Shown one piece after another: positions 11,252-22,700 of a stretch of DNA of 64,000 nt. Source of the stretch: Mobula hypostoma (taxonomy: Eukaryota). The stretch covers positions 124,001-188,000 of the forward strand of contig NW_026948142.1 of assembly GCF_963921235.1 (NCBI RefSeq). Direction: 5' to 3'. Position 1 is the stretch's first letter. Each line of letters opens with the position of its first letter. A model generated the notes under the pieces. That model saw only the letters and a list, made by a program, of their open reading frames with translations, had not been told where the DNA came from and did not search any database. The position numbers and the translations under genes are program-made.

Positions 11252-13402
11252 AATAGAACCTTAGAACCATAGAAACTACAGCACAGAAACAGGCCTTTTG
11301 GCCCTTCTTGGCTGTGCCGAACCATTTTCTGCCTAGTCCCACTGACCTGCACACAGACCATATCCCTCCATACACCTCCCATCCATGTATCTGTCCAATT
11401 TATTCTTAAGTGTTAAAAAAGAACCCGCATTTACCACCTCGTCTGGCAGCTCATTCCATACTCCCACCACTCTCTGTGTGAAGAAGCCCCCCCTAATGTT
11501 CCCTTTAAACTTTTCCCCCCTCACCCTTAACCCATGTCCTCTGTTTTTTTCTCCCCTTGCCTCAGTGGAAAAAGCCTGCTTGCATTCACTCTATCTATAC
11601 CCATCATAATTTTATATACCTCTATCAAATCTCCCCTCATTCTTCTACACTCCAGGAAATAAAGTCCTAACCTATTCAACCTTTCTCTGTAACTCAGTTT
11701 CTCAAGTCCCGGGAGCATCCTTGTAAACCTTGTCTGCACTCTTTCAACCGTATTAATATCCTTCCTGTAATTTGGTGACCAAAACTGAACACAATACTCC
11801 AGATTCGGCCTCACCAATGCCTTATACAACCTCATCATAACATTCCAGCTCTTATACTCAATACTTTGATTAATAAAGGCCAATGTACCAAAAGCTCTCT
11901 TTAACACCCTATCTACTTGTGACGCCACTTTTAGGGAATTTTGTATCTGTATTCCCAGATCTCTCTGTTCTACTGCACTCCTCAGTGCCTTATCATTAAC
12001 CCTGCATGTTCTACCTTGGTTTGTCCTTCCAACGTGCAATACCTCACACTTGTCTGCATTAAACTCCATCTGCCATTTTTCAGCCCATTTTTCCAGCTGG
12101 TCCAAGTCCCTCTGCAGGCTCTAAAAACCTTCCTCGCTGTCTACTACACTTCCAATCTTTGTATCATCAGCAAATTTGCTCATCCAATTTACATTATCAT
12201 CCAGATCATTGATATAGATGACAAATAACAATGGACCCAGCACTGATCCCTGTGGCACACCACTAGTCATAGGCCTCCACTCGGAGAAGCAATTCTCTAC
12301 TACCACTCTTTGGCTTCTTCCATTGAGCCAATGTCTGATCCAATTACCACCTCTCCATGTATACCTAGCGACTGAATTTTCCTAACTAACCTCCCATGCA
12401 GGACCTTGTCAAAGGCCTTGCTGAAGTCCGTGTAGACAATATCCACTGCCTTCTCTTCATCCACTTTCCTGGTAACCTCCTCGAAAAACTCCAACAGATT
12501 GGTCAAACATGACCTACCACGCACAAAGCCATGTTGACTCTCCCTAATAAGTCCCTGTCTATCCAAGTGCTTGTAGATTCTGTCTCTTAGTACTCCCTCC
12601 AATAACTTACCTACTACCGACGTTAAACTTACCTACTACCGACGTTAAACTTACCTACTACCGACGTTAAACTTACCGGCCTATAATTTCCTGGATTACT
12701 TTTCGATCCTTTTTTAAACAACGGAACAATATGAGCCATCCTCCGGCACCTCACCTGTAGACAGTGACATTTTAAATATTTCTGCCAGGGCCCCTGCAAT
12801 TTCAACACTAGTCTCCTTCAAGGTCCGAGGGAACACCCTGTCAGGTCCCGGGGATTTATCCACTTTAATTTTCCTCAAGACAGCAAGGACCTCCTCCTTT
12901 TCGATCTGTACAGTTTCCATGATCTCACTACTTGTTTCCCCTAATTCCATAGACTTCATGCCAGTTTCCTTAGTAAACACAGACGCAAAAAACCTATTTA
13001 AGCTCTCCCCCATTTCCTTTGGTTCCGCAGATAGCCGACCACTCTGATCTTCAAGAGGACCACCTTTTGCTCTTAATATACCTGTAAAAGCTCTTTGGAT
13101 TATCCTTCTCTTTGACTGCCAAGGCAACCTCATGTCTTCTTTTAGCCCTCCTGATTTCCTTCTTAAGTATTTTCTTGCACTTCTTATACTCCTCAAGCAC
13201 CTTATTTACTCCCTGCTTCCTATACATGTCATACAACTCTGTCTTCTTCTTTATCAGAGTTGCAATATCCCTTGAGAACCAAGGTTCCTTATTCCTATTC
13301 ACTTTGCCTTTAATCCTGACAGGAACATACAAATTCTGCACTCTCAAAATTTCTCCTTTGAAGGCTTCCCACCTACCGATCACATCCTTGCCAGAGAACA
13401 AC
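11252..13402 (-). mobile_element. CR1 LINE (5'-truncated) nested in L1 ORF2
   Basis: Tail reads (TAGAACCA)n on + at about 11254-11275; RT ORFs 11527-13401 on minus. L1 ORF2 resumes afterwards as LSRHLSDH. Confidence 0.9.
12605..12677 (+). repeat. Perfect triple tandem duplication of 22 bp ACTTACCTACTACCGACGTTAA
   Basis: Three identical units read directly, followed by a partial ACTTACC. Confidence 0.9.
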
Positions 13403-16400
13403 CTGTCCAGACACCTATCTGATCACAACCCAGTCATATCTACTTTTAATTATGGCAAAATTAAAAATAAGGCTACTAGGTGGAGGCTTAACTCCACCCT
13501 TCTAAAAAACGACGAATTTCTATCACAACTGAGAACAAAACTGCCAGAATTTATAAATTTAAATAAAAATCGTGTCTCGGATGTGACAGTGATTTGGGCC
13601 TCCATCAAGGGTTTCTTACGAAATAACGCTATATGGTTCAGTTCCCACCTACATAAGCCGGCTTCAAAAGATTTCCACCCTCGAAGAAGAATGTAAGGTT
13701 TTGGAGAATGATCTCAAAAGGAGATACACCATAACAAAAGAAAACGAGCTCAAAACAAAACAAGCAGAATTAAATGATTTATTAAGAAGCAGGGCAGAAT
13801 ATATGATCCTTATAACCAAACATAAGTATTACACAGAAGGCAGCAGACCGAGCCATCTTTTAGCTCTAACGCTCAAACAACAGGAAACTAAAAGGTCCAA
13901 ACCAGCGATTAGATGTGCTAAACGTGGAGTGGTATCTTCAACAGAGGAAATAAACCAGACATTCAAGAATTACTTTAAAGAACTGTATACAAGTGGTTCA
14001 GTTCCTTCTGAGAATGACTTCACAGATTTTTTTAGTGGATTAGACCTCCCTACGTTGTCATTAGAGGACACCAAAACTCTAGCCTCTCCTATTACACTGG
14101 ATGAGCTACTTAAAGCAGTCAAAGCTACGAATAAGGGCCATACGCCAGGTATAGATGGCATACCTGTGGAACTTTACCTAGCACTTTGGGATATTCTTGG
14201 ACCAGTATGGTTAGAAACATTAAATTATGCTATTGGAAATGGCGCTTTCCATAGAGATCTAAACACAGCCCTGATCACAGTTACACCTAAGCCCGGTAAG
14301 GACCCCTTGGAGTGTGCCAATTACCGTCCAATCTCCTTGATAAATGCCGACCTCAAGATATTTTCCAAAGTCTTAGCCAGTAGACTTGAGACAGTAGTTG
14401 GGAAAATAATTAGCCCAGATCAAACGGGCTTTATCGGGGGCATCTCGCATCTGATAATATTCGCCAGCTCTTACACATACTGAGTGCAACACATAAAATC
14501 CCGCCTGCCTGTGGCCGGCTATTTCTAGATGCTGAAAAAGCATTCGATCGCCTTGAATGGCCATATCTTTGGAGTGTTCTAAAAGAATTTAAGTTGGGCG
14601 ATAAATTTATCAACATGATTCAAACACTGTATGCTACTCCTTCAGCCCGGGTATGTGTGGGAGTAGGTTTCTCAGAGTTATTTGACATAGGACGGGGCAC
14701 ACGACAAGGGCGCCCTTTGTCTCCTTTAATTTTTACTATATCTATTGAACCGCTTGCACATTTAATTAGAAACTCTCCTCAGATCTCCCCTATTACAATA
14801 GGTACAACATCTCGTTCAATATCACTTTACGCGGACGACACGCTAGTTTACATGGCAACTGTTCAACAAACTCTCCCCTATGATTTAAAAACACTGGAGC
14901 AATTTGGATTTCTTTCAGAATACAAAGTTAATTTGTCAAAATCAGCACTGATGCTGATTAATACGGATGAAAGTAAGGTGTCTCTCCCTCCCCAGATTAA
15001 GGTTACAAATGAGGTCCTCCACTTGGGTATTAAATTTAATACTTCCCTATCATCTGTGGCTAAAACAAATTACTCTTTAATTTTGAAAAAAATAGAAGAT
15101 ATTAATAGATGGAGACACCTGCCAGCATCAGTCCCAGCCCGTATATCGGTCATTAAAATGAACATCTTACCCCGCATTAATTTTATCAGCTCAATGATCC
15201 CACTTGCACCTCCAGCAGGATATTGTCAAAAACTGGACTCCTTACTACGATGCTATGTTTGAAATGGTAAACGACCCAATATAAAATGGTCAGCTCTACA
15301 ATTCAAAAAGTCGGATGGGGGATTGGCATGTCCAAATTTTAAATTGTATCACTGGGCATTTGTATTAAAAAGTCTTAGCTATTGGATGGAGGAGGATAAA
15401 GTTTCATCCTGGAAAGATATAGAACAAGAGCTAATAGCACCAATAAGGTTGAAGGACTTTCTCCTTATAGGTATGTCTACCAAAAAATCTGATTTGTATT
15501 ACGGTCCAATTTTAACCATATACTACAAGTGTTTAGAGCAGCAGACAAATTCCTAAATTTTAAAGCGTATGGTGCAAGTCATCTCCATTATGGAACAATA
15601 ATCATTTTCTATCTGGGGGAAAACCATTCACTAACAGAACTTGGGAGGTTAAAGGTATTACTACTCTTCAAGATATTTCTGCTACTTTAGAGTAGCATCA
15701 GCCTACGGCATTCCCTGGGGGTCAGATTTAAAGGACCATCCCATTTTAAGTTGGATATAGAGTGCTTCAGGACAGATGGTGTCATATATCTAAAAATTAA
15801 ACTCTCAGATATATATGTCCACATCAGGAAAGAAAGCCTGGGATGGGGACATATCTGAATTGGGACAAGACTTGGACTGGGATGCGATTTGGGATAATGC
15901 TGCTGGTGCTTTGAAAAACCCAAATCATCGGTATATACACTTGAAATGTTGTCATAGAGCATATTTAACACTGAGAATTAGACATCAAATGGGACTGGTT
16001 CCTGACCCTTATTGCTCATTTTGCCCCCACGGAACCGTTGGCTCTTTTATACATGTTGTATGGGAATGTCCAGGGGTTTTTGGTTTGTGGGGGAAGGTTA
16101 TCAGTACTCTTACAGAACTAACAGGGGTACAATTACCAATGGACCCCGCTATACATCTTCTAAATGATGACTCCCACCTTTCCCTTATGGAAAAAACACG
16201 CAAAATCTAGCTGGCAGGCCTGACTGCAGCTGAGAAGATTGTAGTCCAGCGTTGGAAACCTCCCCATGATATTTCAAATACTCACTGGCTTCAGAGCTTT
16301 TTGGACATTTCTTACCTGGAACTTTCATCAGCAAGAGTAAATGATGCACGACCAAACACAATCTTAATGTGGACAAATTTGATACCTAACTTAAAAGATC

Positions 16401-16608
16401 TTCTGTTAAAATAGGAATGTTTTGTCTGTGTATGCACTACTATTCAGTTGGTTGGTGGAGGGGAGAGGGATGGGGGTAGAGAGGGGTGGAGGGGGATGGT
16501 GATGAAGGTTGGGGGTGGCTGGGTTAAACAGTCAAAATGTAATTGGCAATTGGTTGTATGGATTGTAATTTGTTGCTGTGGCAATAAAAAATTAGTAATA
16601 AAAAAAAA

Positions 16609-17710
16609 GACACATCTCAAACCATCAGTCCGAGCGCATCCCTTCACTATCACCTGCCTATCCTCCCTCACACACTGTATAAGCTTTCTCTATTTGTGAG
16701 CCAACTGACCCTTCCTCTGTCTCTTCAGTTCGTTTCCCACCCCCCAGCAATCCTAGTTTAAACTCTCCCCAATAACCTTAGCAAATCTCCCCCCAGGGTA
16801 TTGGACCCCTGGGCTTCAAGTGCAACCCATTCTTTTTGTACAGGTCACACCTGCCCCAAAAGTAGTCCCAATGATCCAGAAATCTGAATCCCTGCCCCCT
16901 GCTCCAATCCCTCAGCCACGCAATCATCCTCCACCTCATTGCATTCCTATTCCCACTGTCACGTGGCACAGGCAGTAATCCTGAGATGACCACCTTTGTG
17001 GTCCTGCTTCTCAACTTCCTTCCTAACTCCCTGTAGTCAGCTTTCAGGACATCTTCCCCTTTCCTACCTATGTTGTTGGTACCAATATGTACCACGACCT
17101 CTGGTTGTTCACCTTCCCACTTCAGGATATCGTGGACGCGATCAGAAACATCCCGGACCCTGGCACCTGGGAGGCAAACTACCACACGTGCTTCTTTCCT
17201 GCGTCCACAGAATCGCCAGTCCGACCCCCAACTCTGGAGTCCCCTATTACTGCTGCCTTCCTCTTCCTATCCCTACCCTTCTGAGCCACAGGGCCAGACT
17301 CTGTGCCAGAGGCACAGCCACTGTTGCTTCCCCCAGGTAGGCTGTCCCCTCCCCCCCCCAACAGTACTCAAACAGGAGTACTTATTGTTAAGGGGGACAG
17401 CCACTGGGGTACTCTCTAGTATCTGACTCCTGCCCTTCCCTCTCCCGACTGTTCCCCACTTGTCTGTCTCCCGTGGCCCCGGAGTGACTACCTGCCTATA
17501 GCTCCTATCTTTCACCTCCTCACTCTCCCTGACCAGACGAAAGTCATCAAGCTGCATCTCCGGTTCCTAACACGGTCCCTCAGGAGCTGCAGCTCGACGC
17601 ACCGGGTGCAGATGTGGCCGTCCGGGAGGCTGGGAGTCTCCCGGACATCCCACATCCGACACCGAGCACAGAACACCGGCCTCACACACATACTTCCTGT
17701 CTGTATTCTA
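16609..17710 (-). mobile_element. CR1 ORF1 region (SGNH esterase-like domain and zinc finger)
   Basis: VIGDS, CLPGARV, HIGTNNI, CARC...CTRC on minus. Confidence 0.85.
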
Positions 17711-17720
17711 CAGGAAGAAA

Positions 17721-17852
17721 TAAACACAAGAGATCCGCAGATGCTGGAAATCCAAAGCAACACTCAATACTCTGGAGGAACCCAGCCAGTCAGGCAGCAT
17801 CTATGGAAATTAATAAACAGTCGACATTTTGGACCGAGCCCCTTCTTTGAGG
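17721..17852 (-). mobile_element. Penelope-type short repeat, degenerate hammerhead end
   Basis: Same family as 8979-9207. Further fragments occur at about 18548-18625, 25520-25645, 29150-29252, 51530-51585 and 62925-62972. Confidence 0.7.
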
Positions 17853-18224
17853 GGAAATGATCGGATTCATATTCAGAGTAAAGGAAGAGGGAAGCAGAAA
17901 GACAGAGAACGGACCAGAGAAGCCAGGAAGAGTGAGAGGCGACAATGCGTAGGAAGAGATGGGGTATGGAGAAAGAGGGAGAGGGAGAGGGGGAGGGACA
18001 GGGAGTGGGAGTAAGAGTACAACAACCGATGGAATTTTCAGAGTGGAATAGATATTCAGCAGCGACATCTTTAGCGGTGAGAAGCGGACACGACCAGGAT
18101 AAACATCAGGGGGGGGTTGGTGAACTGACGGAAGGAGTAGTCCAGGGGAGGGAATGGTTACGGAAGGAGTTGGGGAGGGGAGGGGTGTGTGTGACTGTAG
18201 ATGGGGAAGGGTCAGGGTGGGATC

Positions 18225-18510
18225 TCTGCACTCCGGCTCCGCACCAGAAGATCCCGAGACCCAGCGGACGCGGGCTCAACTGTCCCGGACACAGACCCGA
18301 GCTTCCCCATCTGACCCCGTCCTCATCGGCCCCGCCCCCAATCGCACCGCCCCCCCCCATCTGACCGCGCCTCGTCCCCTCCCCAGGTACCCGGATTACT
18401 GTGAGAGGCACGTGACCCGCGCGTTTGGCGCGAAATGGCTCGGTGAGTACTGACCTTCAAACTCGGCCAAGACTCTGATTCTCCCCTCAGCCCTGGTCCC
18501 GTCTCCGTTT
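18225..18510 (+). promoter_or_regulatory. CpG-island promoter of the Ldh_2 gene: GC boxes, E-box CACGTGAC (18409-18416), palindromic E2F site TTTGGCGCGAAA (18424-18435)
   Basis: The most conspicuous CpG-dense non-repeat stretch in the window. It has CCCCGCCCC and CCGCCCC boxes near 18330-18355 and lies directly at coding exon 1. Confidence 0.7.
18435..18442 (+). CDS. Ldh_2-family oxidoreductase gene, coding exon 1 (ATG GCT CG; M-A-R split codon)
   Basis: ATG at 18435 in a CpG-rich island, followed by the consensus donor GTGAGT at 18443. Phase 2 matches exon 2 (CG+G = Arg). Confidence 0.75.
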
Positions 18511-18983
18511 GATCTCCCCCTCCTTCCTTCAGCCAGCCCTCACCTACCAACAACAGGAATTCTGCAGACGCTGGAAATTCAAGCAACACACATCAAAGTT
18601 GCTGGTGAACGCAGCAGGCCAGGCCTCACCTACCTACCAGCAGTATCTCAATCATCCATCTCCCTTTGTGTTTATCATCCTCCACCTGAATTCCTTCTTC
18701 CTTATTCCTCCTGTGTTCACCACGCCTTCCTACACGTCGCTTACTCCCTTCCTCCAACACTCCCTGCCCTGTTTCTCCAGCTCCTTTTCACCATTTATGT
18801 CATAACAGTGGAAGCTCTGTTTATTGTTTCTATCTTTGCTCTCCCTCCGTCAACAAACTTGGGCCATTGTCTCACCAACTACTCACTCCCCATCCAGGGT
18901 CACACCAATTGCTCATTCTCTGTCCATTATCCCACCGACTGCTCATTCCCTGTCCAGCGTCTCACCGACTGCTCACTGCCGGG

Positions 18984-19164
18984 CACAAAATAATCTGCAG
19001 ATGCTGGGTTCAAAGCAACACTCACAACAGGCTGGAGGAATTCAGCAGGTCGGGCAGCATCCGTGGAAATGATCAGTCGACGTTTCGGGCCGGAACATTG
19101 ACTGATCATTTCCACGGATGCTGCCCGACCTGCTGAGTTCCTCCAGCATGTTGTGAGTGTTGCT
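18984..19164. mobile_element. Penelope-type short repeat palindrome (about 75-bp arms, centre 19089)
   Basis: 19014-19088 is the near-perfect reverse complement of 19090-19164. Confidence 0.8.
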
Positions 19165-19284
19165 CACTCCCCGTCCATGGTCTCTCCGACTGTTCATTCC
19201 CTGTCCAGGGTCTCACCGACTTGCGCATTCCCATCCATGCTCCCATCGACTGCTCATTCCCATCCATGGTCTCACAGTGCATAT

Positions 19285-19655
19285 ATGAATTGATTTTATT
19301 TCTTACATCCTTCATATGTATATGTGGAGTAAAATTCTTTATGTTATGTCTCCGTCTAAATGTGCAATGTGCAGTCACAGTAATTTATAATAAATAGAAC
19401 AGTTAATGTAGAATAGAGTACACTCAAATCAGTGTGAGTTATCAGTTTGATGGCCTGGAAGAAGCTGTTCTGGAGCTTGTGGGTTCTCTCTTTTATGCTG
19501 CGGTACTGTTTCCCAGATGGTAGCCATTAGAATAGATTGTGGTTGGGGTGACTAGGGTCCCTAATGATCCTACGGGCCCTTTTTACTCACCTGTCCTTGT
19601 AAATGTCCTGAATCATGGGAAATTCACAACTACAGCTATCCTGGGCTTGCTGAAC
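19285..19655 (-). mobile_element. Rex1/Babar-like LINE 3' fragment
   Basis: Resembles the 3' ends at 29930 and 38995 (GAAGAAGCTGT...GCTGCGGTAC...GATGG). Confidence 0.55.
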
Positions 19656-19753
19656 AGTCATCGACTGCTCACTCCCTGTCCGTGGTCTCATCGACTGCTC
19701 ATTCCCATCCATGGTACCACCAACTGCTCACTCCCCGTCCATGGTCTCACCAT

Positions 19754-22700
19754 TGTTACAAGGGGGGGGTTGGGGAGCAGATCCAAATGCAGGACACAGA
19801 CACTGAAATAGTATAAACAGGACTATGTTTATTAAGAATTACCGTGGGGCCAAGATGGAGGACAAAATGGCATCATGGACATAAACATAGAATAACAAAA
19901 TGGAAAACCAGGACTAGAACTTGGGACTTGGACTTCACTGGGCCCTCGGGTCATGACTCGGAACACAGGTCTTGGCAGAGACTCGGTACCTAGGTCTTGG
20001 CTTGGCTCTTGACGTAGAACTTGGACTGGGCGTGACCTGGAACTCGTACTTGGCTTGACCTGGGACCCGGACTTGTCTTGACCTAGGACTCTTAACTTTG
20101 CTTGGCTTGGAACTCAGACTTGGCTTGACTTGGACTCTTCTTGGACACAGGGCCGGGACCCTTCTTGGACACGGGACACAGGGCTGAGACCCTTTTTGGA
20201 CACGGGACACAGGGCTGAGACCCTTTTTGGACACAGGACACAGGGCCGAGACCCTTTTTGGACACGGGACACAGAACTGGGACCCTTCTTCGACATAGGG
20301 CCCAGAGACAGGACTCTTCTTGGACACGGGACACAGAGCCGGGACCCTTCTTGGACACGGGACACAGAGACAGGACTCTTCTTGGACACAGGACACAGAG
20401 GCAATCTAGAGTCCACGATATTCAGTAGCTCCAATAATGGTTCAGACTTACCACATTGGCTGAGGTCACGTGTTTAGCAGCCAGTGGAAAGCGGCCAGAG
20501 CATGAGTGGGCCAGTGAAGGAGTGGAGCTTCGAGGCTTTGACTCGAGAGATTCTGGCAGTTTTGGCAGTTGGTCTGTGCAATCAAGGCAATCAAGATTTG
20601 AATAGATCAGCAGAAAGCCGTTAATTAGACAATCAAGATTTGAATAGCTCAGACTCAGCAGAAAGCAGCTGATTGGGCAGTCGAGGTCAGGTGACCAAAC
20701 ATTCTGAAAAGCTCAAACAGATAAATAGAGGGATAGCTCAAGCGAAGCAGCCAGTGAAGGAGTGGAGCTTTGACTTGAGAGGTTTCAATGAGAAGAGGCG
20801 GAGGACAAGCAAGCTCGCAGTTAGTTTTTACAATGTCCCCTGAGACGGTGATGTGCCTCTCATGTGAGACGTGGCAGTCTTGGGGGAATGCCCCTCTCCC
20901 GCAGAGTCATATCTGCCAGAAGTGCATATGGCTGGGCGATCTGGAAGACCGTGTAAGGAATCTGGAGCAGCAGCTGGATGACCTTCGACTCATAAGGGAG
21001 AATGAGGCAGTCATGGATGAGAGCTACAAGGAGGTAGTTACACCTAGGCTGTCGGAAGCAGGTTGTTGGGTGACAGTCAGAGGGGGGAAAACAAAGGTGA
21101 GCAGACAGGTAGTGTAGAGCACCCCTGTAGCCATTCCCCTGAATAATAAGTTTACCGTCCTGGATACTGTTGGTGGGGATGACTGACCAGGTGTGAGCCA
21201 CGGTGGCAGGACCTCCGGCACTGAGTCTGACCCTGTGGTGCAGAAGGGTGGGAAGGAGAAGGGGAGAGCTGTCGTCATTGGAGACTCTATAGTCAGGGGA
21301 GCAGACAGGAGATTTTTTGGACGTGAGAAGGACACCCGCATGGTTTGTTGCCTCCTGGGTGCCAGGGTCTGGGATGTCTCTGACCGGGCGCACGACATCC
21401 TGGTATGAGAGGGAAAGCAACCAGAAGTCGTGATACATGTTGGGACCAATGACATAGGCAGGAAGAGGGATGAAGTCCTGAAGTGTGAGTTTTGGGAATT
21501 AGGCAGAAGGCTGAAGAACAGGACCTCAAGGGTGACGTTCTCAGGATTGCTGCCAGTGCTACGTGACAGAGATGGTAAGAATTGGAGGAGATGGCAGTTG
21601 AATTCGTGGCTGAGGAGTTGGTGCAGGGAGCAGGGTTTTAGATTTTTGGATCATTGGGATCTCTTCTGGGGAAGGTGGGACCTGTACAGATTTTTCCTTG
21701 CAGGTAGGTTTGCTAGCATGGTTCAGGAGGGTTTAAACTAATTTGTGAGGGGGATGGGACCCAGAGCGATAGAGCAGTGGAAGAAGTGCATGGAGTAAAG
21801 CCAGATCTAACATACAGAGAGGCTTTGAGGAAAGAGAAGCAGAATAAACGGTGTAAAGACAGTAAGGTAGAAGGGCTGAAATGTGTGTACCTCAGTGCAA
21901 GAAGCATCAGGAACAAAGATGATGAACTGAGAGCTTGGATACATACATGGAATTATGATGTAGTGGCCATTACAGAGACTTGGCTGGCACCAGGGCAGGA
22001 ATGGATTCTCAATATTCCTGGATTTCAGTGCTTTAAAAGGGATAGAGAGGGTGGAAAAAGGGGAGGGGGGGTGGCATTACTGGTCAGGGATACTATTACA
22101 GCTACAGAAAGGGTGGGTAATGTAGCAGGATCCTCTTTTGAGTCAATATGGGTGGAAGTCAGGAACAGAAAGGGAGCAGTTACTCTACTGGGGGTATTCT
22201 ATAGGCCCCCTGGTAGCAGCAGAGATACAGAGGAGCAGATTGGGAGGCAGATTTTGGAAAGGTGCAAAAATAACAAGGTTGTTATCATGGGTGACTTTAA
22301 CTTCCCTAATATTGATTGGCACCTGATTAGTTCCAAGGGTTTAGATGGGGCAGAATTTGTTAAGTGTGTCCAGGATGGATTCCTGTCACAGTATGTGGAC
22401 AGGCCGACCAGGGGGAATGCCATACTAGATCTCGTACTAGGTAATGAACCGGGTCAGGTCACTGCTCTCTCAGTGGGTGAGCATCTGGGGGACAGTGACC
22501 ACCGCTCCCTGGCCTTTATAATTATCATGAAAAAGGATAGAATCAAAGAGGACAGGAAAATTTTTAACTGGGGAAAGGCAAATTCTGAGGCTATAAGGCT
22601 AGAACTTGCAGGTGTGAATTAGGATGATGTTTTTGCAGGGAAATGTACTATGGACATGTGGTCGATGTTTAGAGATCTCTTGCGGGATGTAAGGGATAAA

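Larger units (their letters stand above)
9536..16608 (+). mobile_element. L1 LINE, 5'-truncated in ORF1; ORF2 from about 10566, frameshifted; poly(A) tail
   Basis: ORF1 C-terminus (FFADYS...LIYPAILRV), endonuclease start SFNVRGLN, YRPISLIN, YADD, cysteine-rich C-terminus, AATAAA and A-tail at about 16583-16608. Confidence 0.9.

Noticed and set aside
18100..18411. Divergent gene from the CpG island (minus-strand ATG near 18310)
   Set aside because: Short low-complexity ORFs; no supporting exons found in 1-18000, which appears to be all repeats. A non-coding or distant exon cannot be excluded.
19935..20477. Cys/Pro-rich repetitive ORFs
   Set aside because: Translations of the about 30-bp tandem repeat inside an LTR element.
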